Source: an uncultured Nitrospirota bacterium
GTDB lineage: Bacteria; Nitrospirota; Thermodesulfovibrionia; Thermodesulfovibrionales; JdFR-85
DNA: 51,949 nucleotides
Direction: 5' to 3'
Assembly: GCA_964539375.1 (NCBI GenBank)
Contig: CAZIIE010000002.1
Span: 1-51,949 of the forward strand
Numbering within the stretch: position 1 is the first letter of the stretch; every line of letters begins with the position of its first letter. This document shows positions 17,807 to 27,237 of the stretch, piece after piece. A program made the position numbers and the translations under genes. The notes under the pieces are model-generated. The model searched no databases. It was given only the letters and a program-made list of their open reading frames with translations, and was not told where the DNA came from.

Positions 17807-18235
17807 ATGGCACAGGCAAAGTCAGGAGACAGGGTCAGGGTCCACTACAGTGGATTCCTGGAAGATGGCACAGTCTTTGACAGCTCCCTTGACCGTGACC
17901 CTCTTGAATTTACACTCGGAGAGGGTATGGTCATAAAGGGTTTTGAGGATGCTGTCATGGGAATGAACGAGGGGGAGTCAAAAACTATCTCAATCCCTTC
18001 AGAAGAGGCTTATGGTCCCTACAGGGAAGACCTGGTTGCTGTGGTTGAAAGGAGAATGGTTCCACCTGATATTGACCCAAAGGTCGGTCTTGTACTTCAG
18101 TTGAGGACACCTGATGGCCAGGTAACCGATGTGGTGGTGACCGATGTAACCGATGAGACCATCACTATTGACGCAAATCATCCACTTGCAGGGAAGGATC
18201 TCATCTTTGAGATTAAATTAATGGAAATCCTCTAA
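17807..18235 (+). CDS. FKBP-type peptidyl-prolyl cis-trans isomerase (SlyD-like)
   Basis: GDRVRVHYSGFLEDGTVFDSS and IKGFEDAVMGM motifs with an insert-in-flap region. AAGGAG upstream. Confidence 0.85.
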   Translation: MAQAKSGDRVRVHYSGFLEDGTVFDSSLDRDPLEFTLGEGMVIKGFEDAVMGMNEGESKTISIPSEEAYGPYREDLVAVVERRMVPPDIDPKVGLVLQLRTPDGQVTDVVVTDVTDETITIDANHPLAGKDLIFEIKLMEIL

Positions 18236-18240
18236 ACCGT

Positions 18241-18276
18241 GGCAGGCCGTTTCTGGGCCTGCCCCATCTTTTCTCT
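18241..18276 (+). terminator. Rho-independent terminator candidate after the FKBP gene
   Basis: GGCAGGCC (18241-18248) pairs with GGCCTGCC (18256-18263), 7-nt loop, followed by CCATCTTTTCTCT. Confidence 0.6.
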
Positions 18277-19374
18277 ATGCTTACCATTTCTAAAGGAAGA
18301 ATCATCTTCTACAGGCTCTTTGATATTGCCTCTGAGATTGACCTTCATTACATTGAGCGGGTGGCAGCAGAGGGAGCAAAAAGACTAAAACTCTCAAAAA
18401 GACCCTACATGAAGGCCCTTCAGTTTACCAATCCACCTGTTTCACTTGAGATGAGTTCCTATGAAAAGGAGTTCATGGGCAGCATAATGAGGGTTGATGT
18501 GCTTTCAAAGCTTTATGACTTTGGTGTCCTGTCTATAGCCTTCAGTGTTAACCTGCCAGAGGGCACCAGCTTCAAGATGCTTGAGCAAATTGCTTCCTAC
18601 ATTGATACAAATATGCCCTTTGACGAAAGGGCCTATCAGATAGCAGAAGACATCATAAAAACCTTTACCGATGCCCTTGAGGAGCCTGAGATAAAAAGGG
18701 ACTTTTACGAAGACTATACGGTCTACTTTATTGAAAAACTGAGTAAACCCATAAGTTCGGAGGAGTTCCTCTCTCTGTACAACCCCGCCCCTCTGTTACT
18801 TAATGAGACAAAGCCCCTCAGTGACTATACAGTTCAGGAGACCATCAAGTTCCGCTTCAGCTACTACCCTGATGACCTGGTGATCATCCACCTTGATAAT
18901 GCCTTTATCATTGAGCCATCGGGCATATCTGACCTGCCCGATGTGCTTGAGTTTGCAAACGCCCAGATACTTGAACTTCGTTACTATGACACCACACTTG
19001 ACAACGAACTTAACCTGATTTATCAGGAGCTTTCTGAAAGGGCATCACCCTCAATATTCAGATTAAAGGAATATGAGAGACTGGCAAGAAGGCTTACCCA
19101 GACTGTAACCGACCTTACCGAGGTGACCGAGAGGGTAAACAATGCACTGAAGGTAACCGAGGATGTTTACTATGCAAAGATTTACCGAACCGCCATGACC
19201 CTGCTTAGAAGCAAAGACTGGGAAGACAGTATTGAGAATAAGCTTCAGGTGATTATAAACACCTACAGGATGCTCTATGATGAGATATCAACAAAGAGGG
19301 AGCAGCTCCTTGAGCTTGGTATCTTTCTGCTCATAGTGATAGAGATTTTCCTCGCAGTCGTTGGATTCTGGTAA
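18277..19374 (+). CDS. Hypothetical protein with C-terminal TM helix; possibly RMD1/DUF155-like
   Basis: 365-aa ORF. C-terminal coiled coil followed by LGIFLLIVIEIFLAVVGFW, resembling the DUF155 tail. Family assignment is from memory only. The start codon has no Shine-Dalgarno. Confidence 0.35.
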   Translation: MLTISKGRIIFYRLFDIASEIDLHYIERVAAEGAKRLKLSKRPYMKALQFTNPPVSLEMSSYEKEFMGSIMRVDVLSKLYDFGVLSIAFSVNLPEGTSFKMLEQIASYIDTNMPFDERAYQIAEDIIKTFTDALEEPEIKRDFYEDYTVYFIEKLSKPISSEEFLSLYNPAPLLLNETKPLSDYTVQETIKFRFSYYPDDLVIIHLDNAFIIEPSGISDLPDVLEFANAQILELRYYDTTLDNELNLIYQELSERASPSIFRLKEYERLARRLTQTVTDLTEVTERVNNALKVTEDVYYAKIYRTAMTLLRSKDWEDSIENKLQVIINTYRMLYDEISTKREQLLELGIFLLIVIEIFLAVVGFW

Positions 19375-19402
19375 CCCCCTACCCCCTACACGCTACCCCC
19401 TA
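19375..19402. repeat. Four heptad repeats CCCCCTA / CCCCCTA / CACGCTA / CCCCCTA (TAGGGGG on the minus strand)
   Basis: Read directly. They fill the whole spacer between the TAA of the + gene (19372-19374) and the TAG of the TonB-like gene (19400-19402). Confidence 0.9.
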
Positions 19403-20323
19403 TCTTATATACATCCCATAAAGATTATATATAAAATGTCCCTTAACAGTAAGGGCATCTATCTTCCATTTCTCTGGAAGGGGCCAGTAGGGAGCAGCCT
19501 CCTTTAGAGCCTTCATAGCTGCTTCATCAAGTTCAGGATAACCTGAGGTTCTCACAAGCTTTACCTCACCGAGGCTTCCATCTTTTTTTATGGTGAAATT
19601 AATCCAGAGGTCTCCATAAATACCCCTTCTTGCAGCCTCCTCTGGATAAACCCAGATGCTTTCAATCCGTTCCTTCAGCTTCATCATGTAGCTGTGGTAC
19701 TTTAACTCCTTTGTGCTGAAGGTAACACCGCTCTTCGGTTTTGGCCCTCCCACCTCGGTCCCTTTAGCCACCTCGCTTATTATTTTTTTATCAAATAACG
19801 CCTCTGGACCAAGGGGTTTCGTTAAAGAAGAAGCTGGGGTTTCCTTGCTCCCTTCATCTTGCTTAATAGCTGTCTTTTTCTCAATTTCCTTTCTTTCTAT
19901 GCCCTCCCCCCTGCTAATAACACCTTTTTCCTGCCTATTCCTTTCAGATAAACCCCTTTCAGAGGGGGCTCTTTTCTTTTCTGAAATAACAGGAGCTTCT
20001 CTTTGCCTTTTTAAGACCTTTCCCTTTGTTTTCCCTTCCCCGATAGTGCCTTTCCTGGGCTCTTTCCTCTCAGCCCTTCTGGATGGCTTTTTAAGTGGTG
20101 GCTCTGTTTTTTTCCCTTCAGCCTTCTTTAAAACCCTTGGTGTTTTCTTCTTTGATGGAGTTAATTTTTTTGGTCTTACAGTCTTCTTTTCAGGCTGGAT
20201 AAGCCTTGCCACAATAGCCCTTTCTTCCTCTTTTCTATCAGGCACAAAGGGGATATTGAAAAGAAGCAGTATAAAGGTTAAATGGATTAACAATGAAACA
20301 GCTAAGGAGTGTTTGAGTTTCAA
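19400..20323 (-). CDS. TonB-family energy transducer
   Basis: N-terminal TM (LAVSLLIHLTFILLLF), long K/E/P-rich linker, C-terminal TonB_C-like YPEEAARRGIYGDLWINFTIKKDGSL...SGYPELDEAA. TTG start overlapping the upstream stop (TTGA). Confidence 0.8.
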   Translation of the reverse strand: MKLKHSLAVSLLIHLTFILLLFNIPFVPDRKEEERAIVARLIQPEKKTVRPKKLTPSKKKTPRVLKKAEGKKTEPPLKKPSRRAERKEPRKGTIGEGKTKGKVLKRQREAPVISEKKRAPSERGLSERNRQEKGVISRGEGIERKEIEKKTAIKQDEGSKETPASSLTKPLGPEALFDKKIISEVAKGTEVGGPKPKSGVTFSTKELKYHSYMMKLKERIESIWVYPEEAARRGIYGDLWINFTIKKDGSLGEVKLVRTSGYPELDEAAMKALKEAAPYWPLPEKWKIDALTVKGHFIYNLYGMYIR

Positions 20324-21435
20324 TGGACAAACTTCCCGAATCTCTTTATAAAGCTTATGAGCACTCCCCTGCCCTGTTCCTTTTTAAGCCAGAGCCTCAT
20401 ACTGAGTTCCTGCATCTCAGCACTGGAGAATATGCTCACAAGTTTTTCAGCATTTCTATCACTTTTGAGGAAATAGCCCTGAAGAAGCTTCATAAATCTG
20501 AATCTTGAAAGGAATCTTCCTTTCCAGAGCCTTTCATAAAGATGAGGTGTTTCCTGTGCAATTGCCTGGGCAACAAAATCGGCTGACTTCATAGCATAGT
20601 AAATCCCCTCAAAGGTAAGGGGCATCACCTGCCCTGCTGCATCACCAACGAAAAAAACGCGGTTTTTCCTTATCGGGCCTCCATTCCAGAGGGGTATCTT
20701 ATAGCCCTGAAGCCTCATATTCTCAGGCTCTGCCCTGTAACCAACCCTTTTGAGAAACTCTTTTAGGCACCTTTTTGCCCTTTTTGGCTCATCAGTTCCT
20801 GTGCCAACTGATACACCATCCGGGCGGGGGAAAATCCAGGAATAAGCACCAGGAGCATGGCTTTTACCAAACCAGAACTCACAGGCCTCATGTCCCTTTA
20901 CATTCATTCTGCTTGAAAGGGTATAAACATAGGGAAGGGGTTTTAACCCGAGCCATCCTCTTACCGCAGAATTTACCCCATCGGCAGCCACCAGATAATC
21001 TGCCTCAATCACTGAACTTCCATTTTTATGAAGGACCTTAACCTTTATTCTCCTTTCAACCTCTACACCCCTCACCACTGCCTCCATAACCTTGCAACCC
21101 CTTTGTTCAGCAAGCCCCCTCAAGAGGCTATCAAACTCTCCTCGCTCAACCACCCTTAGATGTCCACCCCTAAGGCCAATCTCAAGACGCTTTCCTGATG
21201 GAGAGACAAACAAAACCGAGTTTACGCTTTTGTAGCTCAGGTCTTCTGGCAGTTGGAATTCTCTGAAAAGTGTAGAGGGCATTCCGCCACCACAGGGTTT
21301 TTTGCGCTTCAGGTCCCTTTCAATCATAATCACACGAAGACCTGCCTCGGAAAGCCTTCGTGAAGCCGTAGCACCAGCAGGCCCTCCACCAACCACTATG
21401 ACATCATATCTATTTGAGAAGGCAAAGTTCTTCAA
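20320..21435 (-). CDS. Geranylgeranyl reductase-family FAD-dependent oxidoreductase
   Basis: YDVIVVGGGPAGATA dinucleotide fold and KPCGGG motif typical of this family. 371 aa. Confidence 0.75.
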   Translation of the reverse strand: MKNFAFSNRYDVIVVGGGPAGATASRRLSEAGLRVIMIERDLKRKKPCGGGMPSTLFREFQLPEDLSYKSVNSVLFVSPSGKRLEIGLRGGHLRVVERGEFDSLLRGLAEQRGCKVMEAVVRGVEVERRIKVKVLHKNGSSVIEADYLVAADGVNSAVRGWLGLKPLPYVYTLSSRMNVKGHEACEFWFGKSHAPGAYSWIFPRPDGVSVGTGTDEPKRAKRCLKEFLKRVGYRAEPENMRLQGYKIPLWNGGPIRKNRVFFVGDAAGQVMPLTFEGIYYAMKSADFVAQAIAQETPHLYERLWKGRFLSRFRFMKLLQGYFLKSDRNAEKLVSIFSSAEMQELSMRLWLKKEQGRGVLISFIKRFGKFVH

Positions 21436-21471
21436 TCCTGAGATTTACCTGTAAGGGTAAAAGGCTTCAGA

Positions 21472-21915
21472 TTACTCGCTGGCTCTAACGGTCAGCACAG
21501 CACACTCTGCGTTTTTTACCACCTTTTCAGCCGTGCTTCCGAAAAAGAGCCTGTCAAGCCCCTTTCTTGCATGGGATGCAACCACTATAAGGTCAATCCC
21601 TTCTGATTTTGCGTAGTTTATAATCTCCTCATAGGGAATCCCCCTTAAAACCCTGTAGCTTATTTTTTCAAGCCCCCTTGTTTTTTCAAGATAAGCACGC
21701 TGAATCTGTTTGTTTGCCTCCTCTTCAAGGCTCTTAAACAGCTCATCAACTGCCACATGGGGCACATAAAGACCCGATGCCTGGGTCACATCATGGATTA
21801 CATGGATAATATGAAGTTCTGCATTGTACTTTTTAGCCAGGTCCACGGCATAATCAATAGCCGTTTCTGAGCCTCCCAGGAAGTCGGTTGGGAAAAGGAT
21901 TTTCTCAATCTTCAT
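21472..21915 (-). CDS. Universal stress protein (UspA family)
   Basis: MKIEKILFPTDF...ELHIIHV...DLIVVASHAR...GSTAEKVV motifs. The likely start is M11 of the ORF (ATG at 21915). Confidence 0.85.
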   Translation of the reverse strand: MKIEKILFPTDFLGGSETAIDYAVDLAKKYNAELHIIHVIHDVTQASGLYVPHVAVDELFKSLEEEANKQIQRAYLEKTRGLEKISYRVLRGIPYEEIINYAKSEGIDLIVVASHARKGLDRLFFGSTAEKVVKNAECAVLTVRASE

Positions 21916-22906
21916 AGGATACCTCCTTAAGAAATTTTGCAGCATCCTCAGGGGATGTGGTTAAAGTATACATGCCAGAGCCAAGCTCAAAACCTGTCAG
22001 CCTCCTGACACGGGGCATGATTTCTATGTGCCAGTGAAAGTCCTCTCCAAGGGTATGCCACTTAGCCCTTTTGGGTATCTTGCTCGGAGCTGAATGAAAT
22101 ACAAAGTTATAGGGTGGGTTCTTCAGCACCTTTCTCAATCTCCCTATAACATCGGTCATAATTACGGCAAGGTCAGACCTTTCCTCATCGGTTATCTCCT
22201 TAAAAAAACAGCTGTGTCTCTTAGGCATTATCCATATCTCAAAGGGAAACCTGGTGGCAAAGGGACAGAAGGCAAAAAAGTGCTCTGTCTCTTTCACTAT
22301 TCTACGGTTAAACCTCTTCTCCTCACGCATTATATCGCAGAAGATGCAACGCTCCTTATATCCAAAATACCCCTTGGCTCCGTCAAGTTCCTCCTTTATC
22401 CTCTTGGGTATGATTGGTGTGGCGGTGATGAATGAATGGGAGTGTCCGCAGAGGTCTCCTGAAAGGGCACCGCAGTTTTTATGGATCATAACATAGCGTA
22501 TCCTTTCATCCTTCTCAAGCTCAAGGGTCCTTCTGTAATAGGCATCAATAACCCTTTCCATCTGCTCTGCCCCGAGGTCTTCAGGCGCAACACCATGCTC
22601 AGGGGTTTCAAGAACCACCTCGGAAACCCCAAAGGAATTCATCATATCGTACATCCCCACCCCTCTACGCTCAAGCTGTATGTCATAGGAGAAGATGGAA
22701 CCCTCTGTCCGAATCACCCTGACAAGGGGTTTACCCTGCTCATCCTTGTAGCTAAGAACTTCAGTGGCTGTTTCTGATTGGGCACAGAGAAGGCAGCTGC
22801 CTTTAAGGGGTACCTCCTTGGGAGAGACATAATCTTCGGGTGAGTGGGATTGCTTGTACACCACCACCCATCTTCCAAGCAAGGGGTCTCTTCTTAACTC
22901 GTTCAT
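21905..22906 (-). CDS. Galactose-1-phosphate uridylyltransferase-like nucleotidyltransferase (HIT superfamily, two half-domains)
   Basis: CLLC and CIFC zinc-type knuckles. HSHSF in the first half and FHWHIEIMPR in the second half. Confidence 0.6.
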   Translation of the reverse strand: MNELRRDPLLGRWVVVYKQSHSPEDYVSPKEVPLKGSCLLCAQSETATEVLSYKDEQGKPLVRVIRTEGSIFSYDIQLERRGVGMYDMMNSFGVSEVVLETPEHGVAPEDLGAEQMERVIDAYYRRTLELEKDERIRYVMIHKNCGALSGDLCGHSHSFITATPIIPKRIKEELDGAKGYFGYKERCIFCDIMREEKRFNRRIVKETEHFFAFCPFATRFPFEIWIMPKRHSCFFKEITDEERSDLAVIMTDVIGRLRKVLKNPPYNFVFHSAPSKIPKRAKWHTLGEDFHWHIEIMPRVRRLTGFELGSGMYTLTTSPEDAAKFLKEVSYED

Positions 22907-23655
22907 GAAATACTCCTGTCAAGTATTTTATTCAGTCCTTTTAAGGTAAGCATGGGGACCAGAGTGTAGGGGAAGTCAAGAAAATCCCTTACAACCCAGG
23001 CCATTCCACCAGTTATAACAACTGAACAGCTTCCTATCTCCCTTTCTACCTCATCCCTCAAACGCCTCACCGCACCTGCGGTGCCATAAATAACCCCTGA
23101 CATTATACTACTTTTTGTGTCCCTGCCTAAAGGCAGGGATGGCCTTTCTGGTTCAAGCCCTGGCAGCCTTGATGTCCTCTCTGAAAGGGATTTCAACATG
23201 GTCTCAACCCCTGGCATTATATGTCCACCTATTAGCTCGGCCTCCTCGGTTACCACAGTGGTGGTTGTTGCGGTGCCAAAATCAACGACCAGTACATTTT
23301 CCCTGTAAAGCTCATAAGCAGCAACTGCATTGGCAATCCTGTCAGGCCCGAGGGTCTCGGGCTTATTAAGGTTTATTCTCAACCCTGTATCAGTCCTGTA
23401 ATCAAGTAAGATGGGCCTTAGGCCTGTGAACTCCTCTATAGCATCAACTATAGCTTCGGTCAACTCTGTAACAACCGATGAGATTATCGCCCCTTCAGTG
23501 GGTTCGTTTTTTATCAATTCCTGAAGGGCTGACTTTATATCCTCCCTGCCAGACTTTAAATCGGTTTTTAAACTGGCTGTCCTTAACTCGTCGGAGATAA
23601 AAAAACCAATCTTTATGGTGGTATTTCCTATATCAACACAGAGCCTTCCCTTCAT
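22903..23655 (-). CDS. coaX: Type III pantothenate kinase
   Basis: LCVDIGNTTIKIG, PDRIANAVAA, VVDFGTATT motifs. 250 aa. Confidence 0.9.
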   Translation of the reverse strand: MKGRLCVDIGNTTIKIGFFISDELRTASLKTDLKSGREDIKSALQELIKNEPTEGAIISSVVTELTEAIVDAIEEFTGLRPILLDYRTDTGLRINLNKPETLGPDRIANAVAAYELYRENVLVVDFGTATTTTVVTEEAELIGGHIMPGVETMLKSLSERTSRLPGLEPERPSLPLGRDTKSSIMSGVIYGTAGAVRRLRDEVEREIGSCSVVITGGMAWVVRDFLDFPYTLVPMLTLKGLNKILDRSIS

Positions 23656-24485
23656 CTTATATGAACAACCTCTTCATAGGTAAGAACCTCCTTTTTTCCA
23701 TCCCCCTTTCTTTTTACGATAAGATGACCTCTTTCATCAACTCCCAGGGCTACTGCCTCATAAGAGCCTCTGTTAGTGACCACCTTAACCCTTTCTCCCA
23801 CTGTTCTGCTCAGGTCCTTCCATTTTCTGATAAGGGTCTCTCTGTCCTTCAAAATCCTTTTAGCAGAAGAAATCTCCGAAAGGATGGCCAATATAATCTC
23901 ATCCCTTCTGTAAATCCTGCCGCTTTCAGCCAGCAGGCTTGTCCCCCTTCCCTCTGAACAGGCTAACAGCTCTTCATTGGAGGAATTTACATTAATACCT
24001 ATCCCTATAACCAGAAAATTTATATCCTCTGCACTTAAAGAGCCCTCAATAAGTATCCCTCCAAGCTTTTTTTCATCCCAGTAAATATCATTGGGCCATT
24101 TGCTCCAGAGATGTCCCCTCGCCTCAGGGACTATACCCTGAAGTGCCTCAATAACACACACAGAAGAGTAAAGGGTAAAAAGCTCTGGGTAGGTAACATC
24201 CTCTAATTCCCTGTATATCAGGCTCATATAGATGTTCTTTCCCTCTGGAGAAAACCACTCTCTGCCTCTTCGCCCCCTTCCCTTAAACTGTGAGTTAGCA
24301 ATAACCACTGTCAGGTGGGGATAACCCCTTCGGGCATATTCAACCGCTCTGTTATTGGTTGAATCCACCCTGTCGTAATAGATAAGTCGGAACTTTTCAG
24401 TTTCTTCCAGACTCTGTGAAAGATACCTTAAATCGTTCGGCAATAATCCTTCTGAACCTTGGGGTATAAATGAGGTCATACACAT
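23652..24485 (-). CDS. birA: Biotin--[acetyl-CoA-carboxylase] ligase, group I (no N-terminal HTH)
   Basis: GRGRRGREW motif. VDSTN lies only ~40 aa from the N-terminus, leaving no room for a winged-helix domain. Confidence 0.85.
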   Translation of the reverse strand: MCMTSFIPQGSEGLLPNDLRYLSQSLEETEKFRLIYYDRVDSTNNRAVEYARRGYPHLTVVIANSQFKGRGRRGREWFSPEGKNIYMSLIYRELEDVTYPELFTLYSSVCVIEALQGIVPEARGHLWSKWPNDIYWDEKKLGGILIEGSLSAEDINFLVIGIGINVNSSNEELLACSEGRGTSLLAESGRIYRRDEIILAILSEISSAKRILKDRETLIRKWKDLSRTVGERVKVVTNRGSYEAVALGVDERGHLIVKRKGDGKKEVLTYEEVVHIR

Positions 24486-24651
24486 CCTCTTTGTCAGGGA
24501 AAAGGCTTAGGGCGACTCTCTTTGTATTCTCAATAAGGGTGAGGGCCTCCTGCATTGAAAGCTCTGACTGCATGAGAATGGCCTGAGTAAGGTCAACTAT
24601 AAACCTGAGCCTTTTTATCCTCCTGTTTTCCTCCCTTATCGGGTCGGTCAT
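24397..24651 (-). CDS. Hypothetical 84-aa protein between nth and birA
   Basis: ORF 24397-24675. The ATG at 24651 forms an ATGA overlap with the nth stop (24648-24650). The 3' end overlaps the birA ORF by 89 nt. Confidence 0.5.
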   Translation of the reverse strand: MTDPIREENRRIKRLRFIVDLTQAILMQSELSMQEALTLIENTKRVALSLFPDKEDVYDLIYTPRFRRIIAERFKVSFTESGRN

Positions 24652-25274
24652 CCTGTTTTTTCCTCCCACTGGCATTCCTCATAGAGTGCACACTCAGAGC
24701 AGTTTGGCTTTCGAGCCTTACAGACCCTCCTGCCATGTAGAATCATGGCAAGGGTAAATCTTGTCCAGCTGTCCTCTGGTATTTTTTTCATAAGATCAAA
24801 CTCAACCTTATCAGGGTTTTCCTCTGAGGTAAGACCAAGCCTTCTGCTTACCCTTAATACATGGGTATCAACAGCTATTGCCTGCTTTCCAAAGGCAACA
24901 CCAAGCACCACATTGGCAGTCTTCCTTCCCACTCCAGAAAGGGATGTAAGGTCTTCAAGATTGTCAGGCACCCTGCCACCGAATCGTTCCACTATGTCCT
25001 TGCAGCAGGATAATACCTGTCGTGTCTTGTTTTTATAAAACCCTGTTGGTTTAATCTCCTGTTCAAACACCTTAGGGTCTGCCTCTGCATAGTCCTTTGG
25101 GGTTCTGTATTTTTTAAAGAGCCTTCTGGTGACCTCGTTTACTCTCTGGTCAGTGCACTGGGCTGACAGAATTGTCGCCACTAAAAGCTCAAGGGGATTT
25201 GAATGCTCAAGCTCTATCCTGGGCTCAGGATAGGCCTTAAAGAGCTTCTTCAGTATTGCCTTAACATCTGCCAT
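24648..25274 (-). CDS. nth: Endonuclease III
   Basis: HhH-GPD LSGVGRKTANVVL, catalytic-region VDTHV, C-terminal 4Fe-4S cluster CKARKPNCSECALYEEC. Confidence 0.92.
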   Translation of the reverse strand: MADVKAILKKLFKAYPEPRIELEHSNPLELLVATILSAQCTDQRVNEVTRRLFKKYRTPKDYAEADPKVFEQEIKPTGFYKNKTRQVLSCCKDIVERFGGRVPDNLEDLTSLSGVGRKTANVVLGVAFGKQAIAVDTHVLRVSRRLGLTSEENPDKVEFDLMKKIPEDSWTRFTLAMILHGRRVCKARKPNCSECALYEECQWEEKTG

Positions 25275-25288
25275 AGATAATAAACCCT

Positions 25289-25319
25289 AAATCCTAATTT
25301 CTAAACTCCAAACAAATTC
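25289..25319 (-). repeat. 31-nt copy of the GAATTTGTTT...GAGTTTAGAAATTAGGATTT leader element
   Basis: The minus strand reads GAATTTGTTTGGAGTTTAGAAATTAGGATTT. Its 20-mer and 10-mer parts are identical to 320-339 and 302-311 on the + strand. Confidence 0.9.
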
Positions 25320-25321
25320 AA

Positions 25322-25349
25322 AACCCTACCCCCTACACCCTACCCCCTA
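25322..25349 (-). repeat. Four heptads (TAGGGGG/TAGGGTG type), a canonical G-quadruplex motif on the minus strand
   Basis: The minus strand reads TAGGGGGTAGGGTGTAGGGGGTAGGGTT, with G-runs of 5, 3, 5 and 3 and loops of 2, 4 and 2 nt. Confidence 0.85.
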
Positions 25350-25359
25350 TTTTATAACT

Positions 25360-26064
25360 CTACTCCTCTTTTAATATCACCACTTCAACCTTCCCCTTCA
25401 GTTTTTCAGCAAACCTCTCAGCATCAGACTCTGTTCCAACAATGCTTCCATAATGCATTGGTACTGCTATGTCAGGCTTAATGTCCAGTGCAGCCTGAAC
25501 AGCCTCATCAGCGGTCATAACATAGGTGCCACTTACAGGCAGTAAAGCCACATTAACATCTTTAAAATCCTTCATCTCAGGTATGTAGTCTGTATCACCT
25601 GCTATGTAAATCCTCTTTCCATCAACCTCAAAGATGTAACCTACCCAGCCCTTTGCCTTGGGGTGAAACTCTTTGTTAGTGTTGTAGGCAGGCACAGCCT
25701 CAATCTTAACGCCCTTTACCTCAATGACATCGCCAGGTTTGACAGTCCTAACATCACCTGTTAGTTTTGAAGCACAATCAGGAGTAGCAACTATCACTGT
25801 ATCACTGCCCTGTATCTTCTGTACATCTTCAGGAGAGCAATGGTCATAGTGCTCATGGGTTATAAGGATGAGGTCTGCTCTGTCCTGTCTTTTTAACTTA
25901 AAGGGGTCAGTAAAGACCGTTACATTCTTTCCTACCACCTTGAATGTGTCATGACCAAGCCAATGAATGTTCTCAACCATCTCTTTTACCTCCTTTGCCT
26001 TGGGATAGGTTATTGAGGGGGAAAGGGTTACAAGAAGACCTATTATAATCACCAGATATCTCAT
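25360..26064 (-). CDS. Secreted MBL-fold metallo-hydrolase
   Basis: Signal peptide MRYLVIIIGLLVTLS. HxHxDH motif ILITHEHYDH. 234 aa. Confidence 0.8.
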   Translation of the reverse strand: MRYLVIIIGLLVTLSPSITYPKAKEVKEMVENIHWLGHDTFKVVGKNVTVFTDPFKLKRQDRADLILITHEHYDHCSPEDVQKIQGSDTVIVATPDCASKLTGDVRTVKPGDVIEVKGVKIEAVPAYNTNKEFHPKAKGWVGYIFEVDGKRIYIAGDTDYIPEMKDFKDVNVALLPVSGTYVMTADEAVQAALDIKPDIAVPMHYGSIVGTESDAERFAEKLKGKVEVVILKEE

Positions 26065-26081
26065 ATTACACCCCCATTTAG

Positions 26082-26101
26082 ATTATACCAAAATTATACC
26101 A
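26082..26101 (-). promoter_or_regulatory. Two tandem extended -10 elements (TGGTATAAT x2) upstream of the MBL hydrolase gene
   Basis: The minus strand reads TGGTATAATTTTGGTATAAT, as 9-mers at 26101..26093 and 26090..26082. The proximal copy ends 17 nt before the ATG (26064), with GGGGGTG between them as a Shine-Dalgarno. Confidence 0.45.
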
Positions 26102-26138
26102 CATAGTCTTTTGAGATTGGGATGGAAACCCTTCTTTA

Positions 26139-27236
<1,098 letters not shown>

Positions 27237-27237
<1 letters not shown>

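Noticed and set aside
19713-20351. 212-aa + strand ORF
   Set aside because: It is antisense to the TonB-like gene and is an artefact of its low-complexity K/E/P-rich linker. The translation is compositionally biased (F/S/L-rich), has no start context, and the minus frame carries the recognisable TonB domains.
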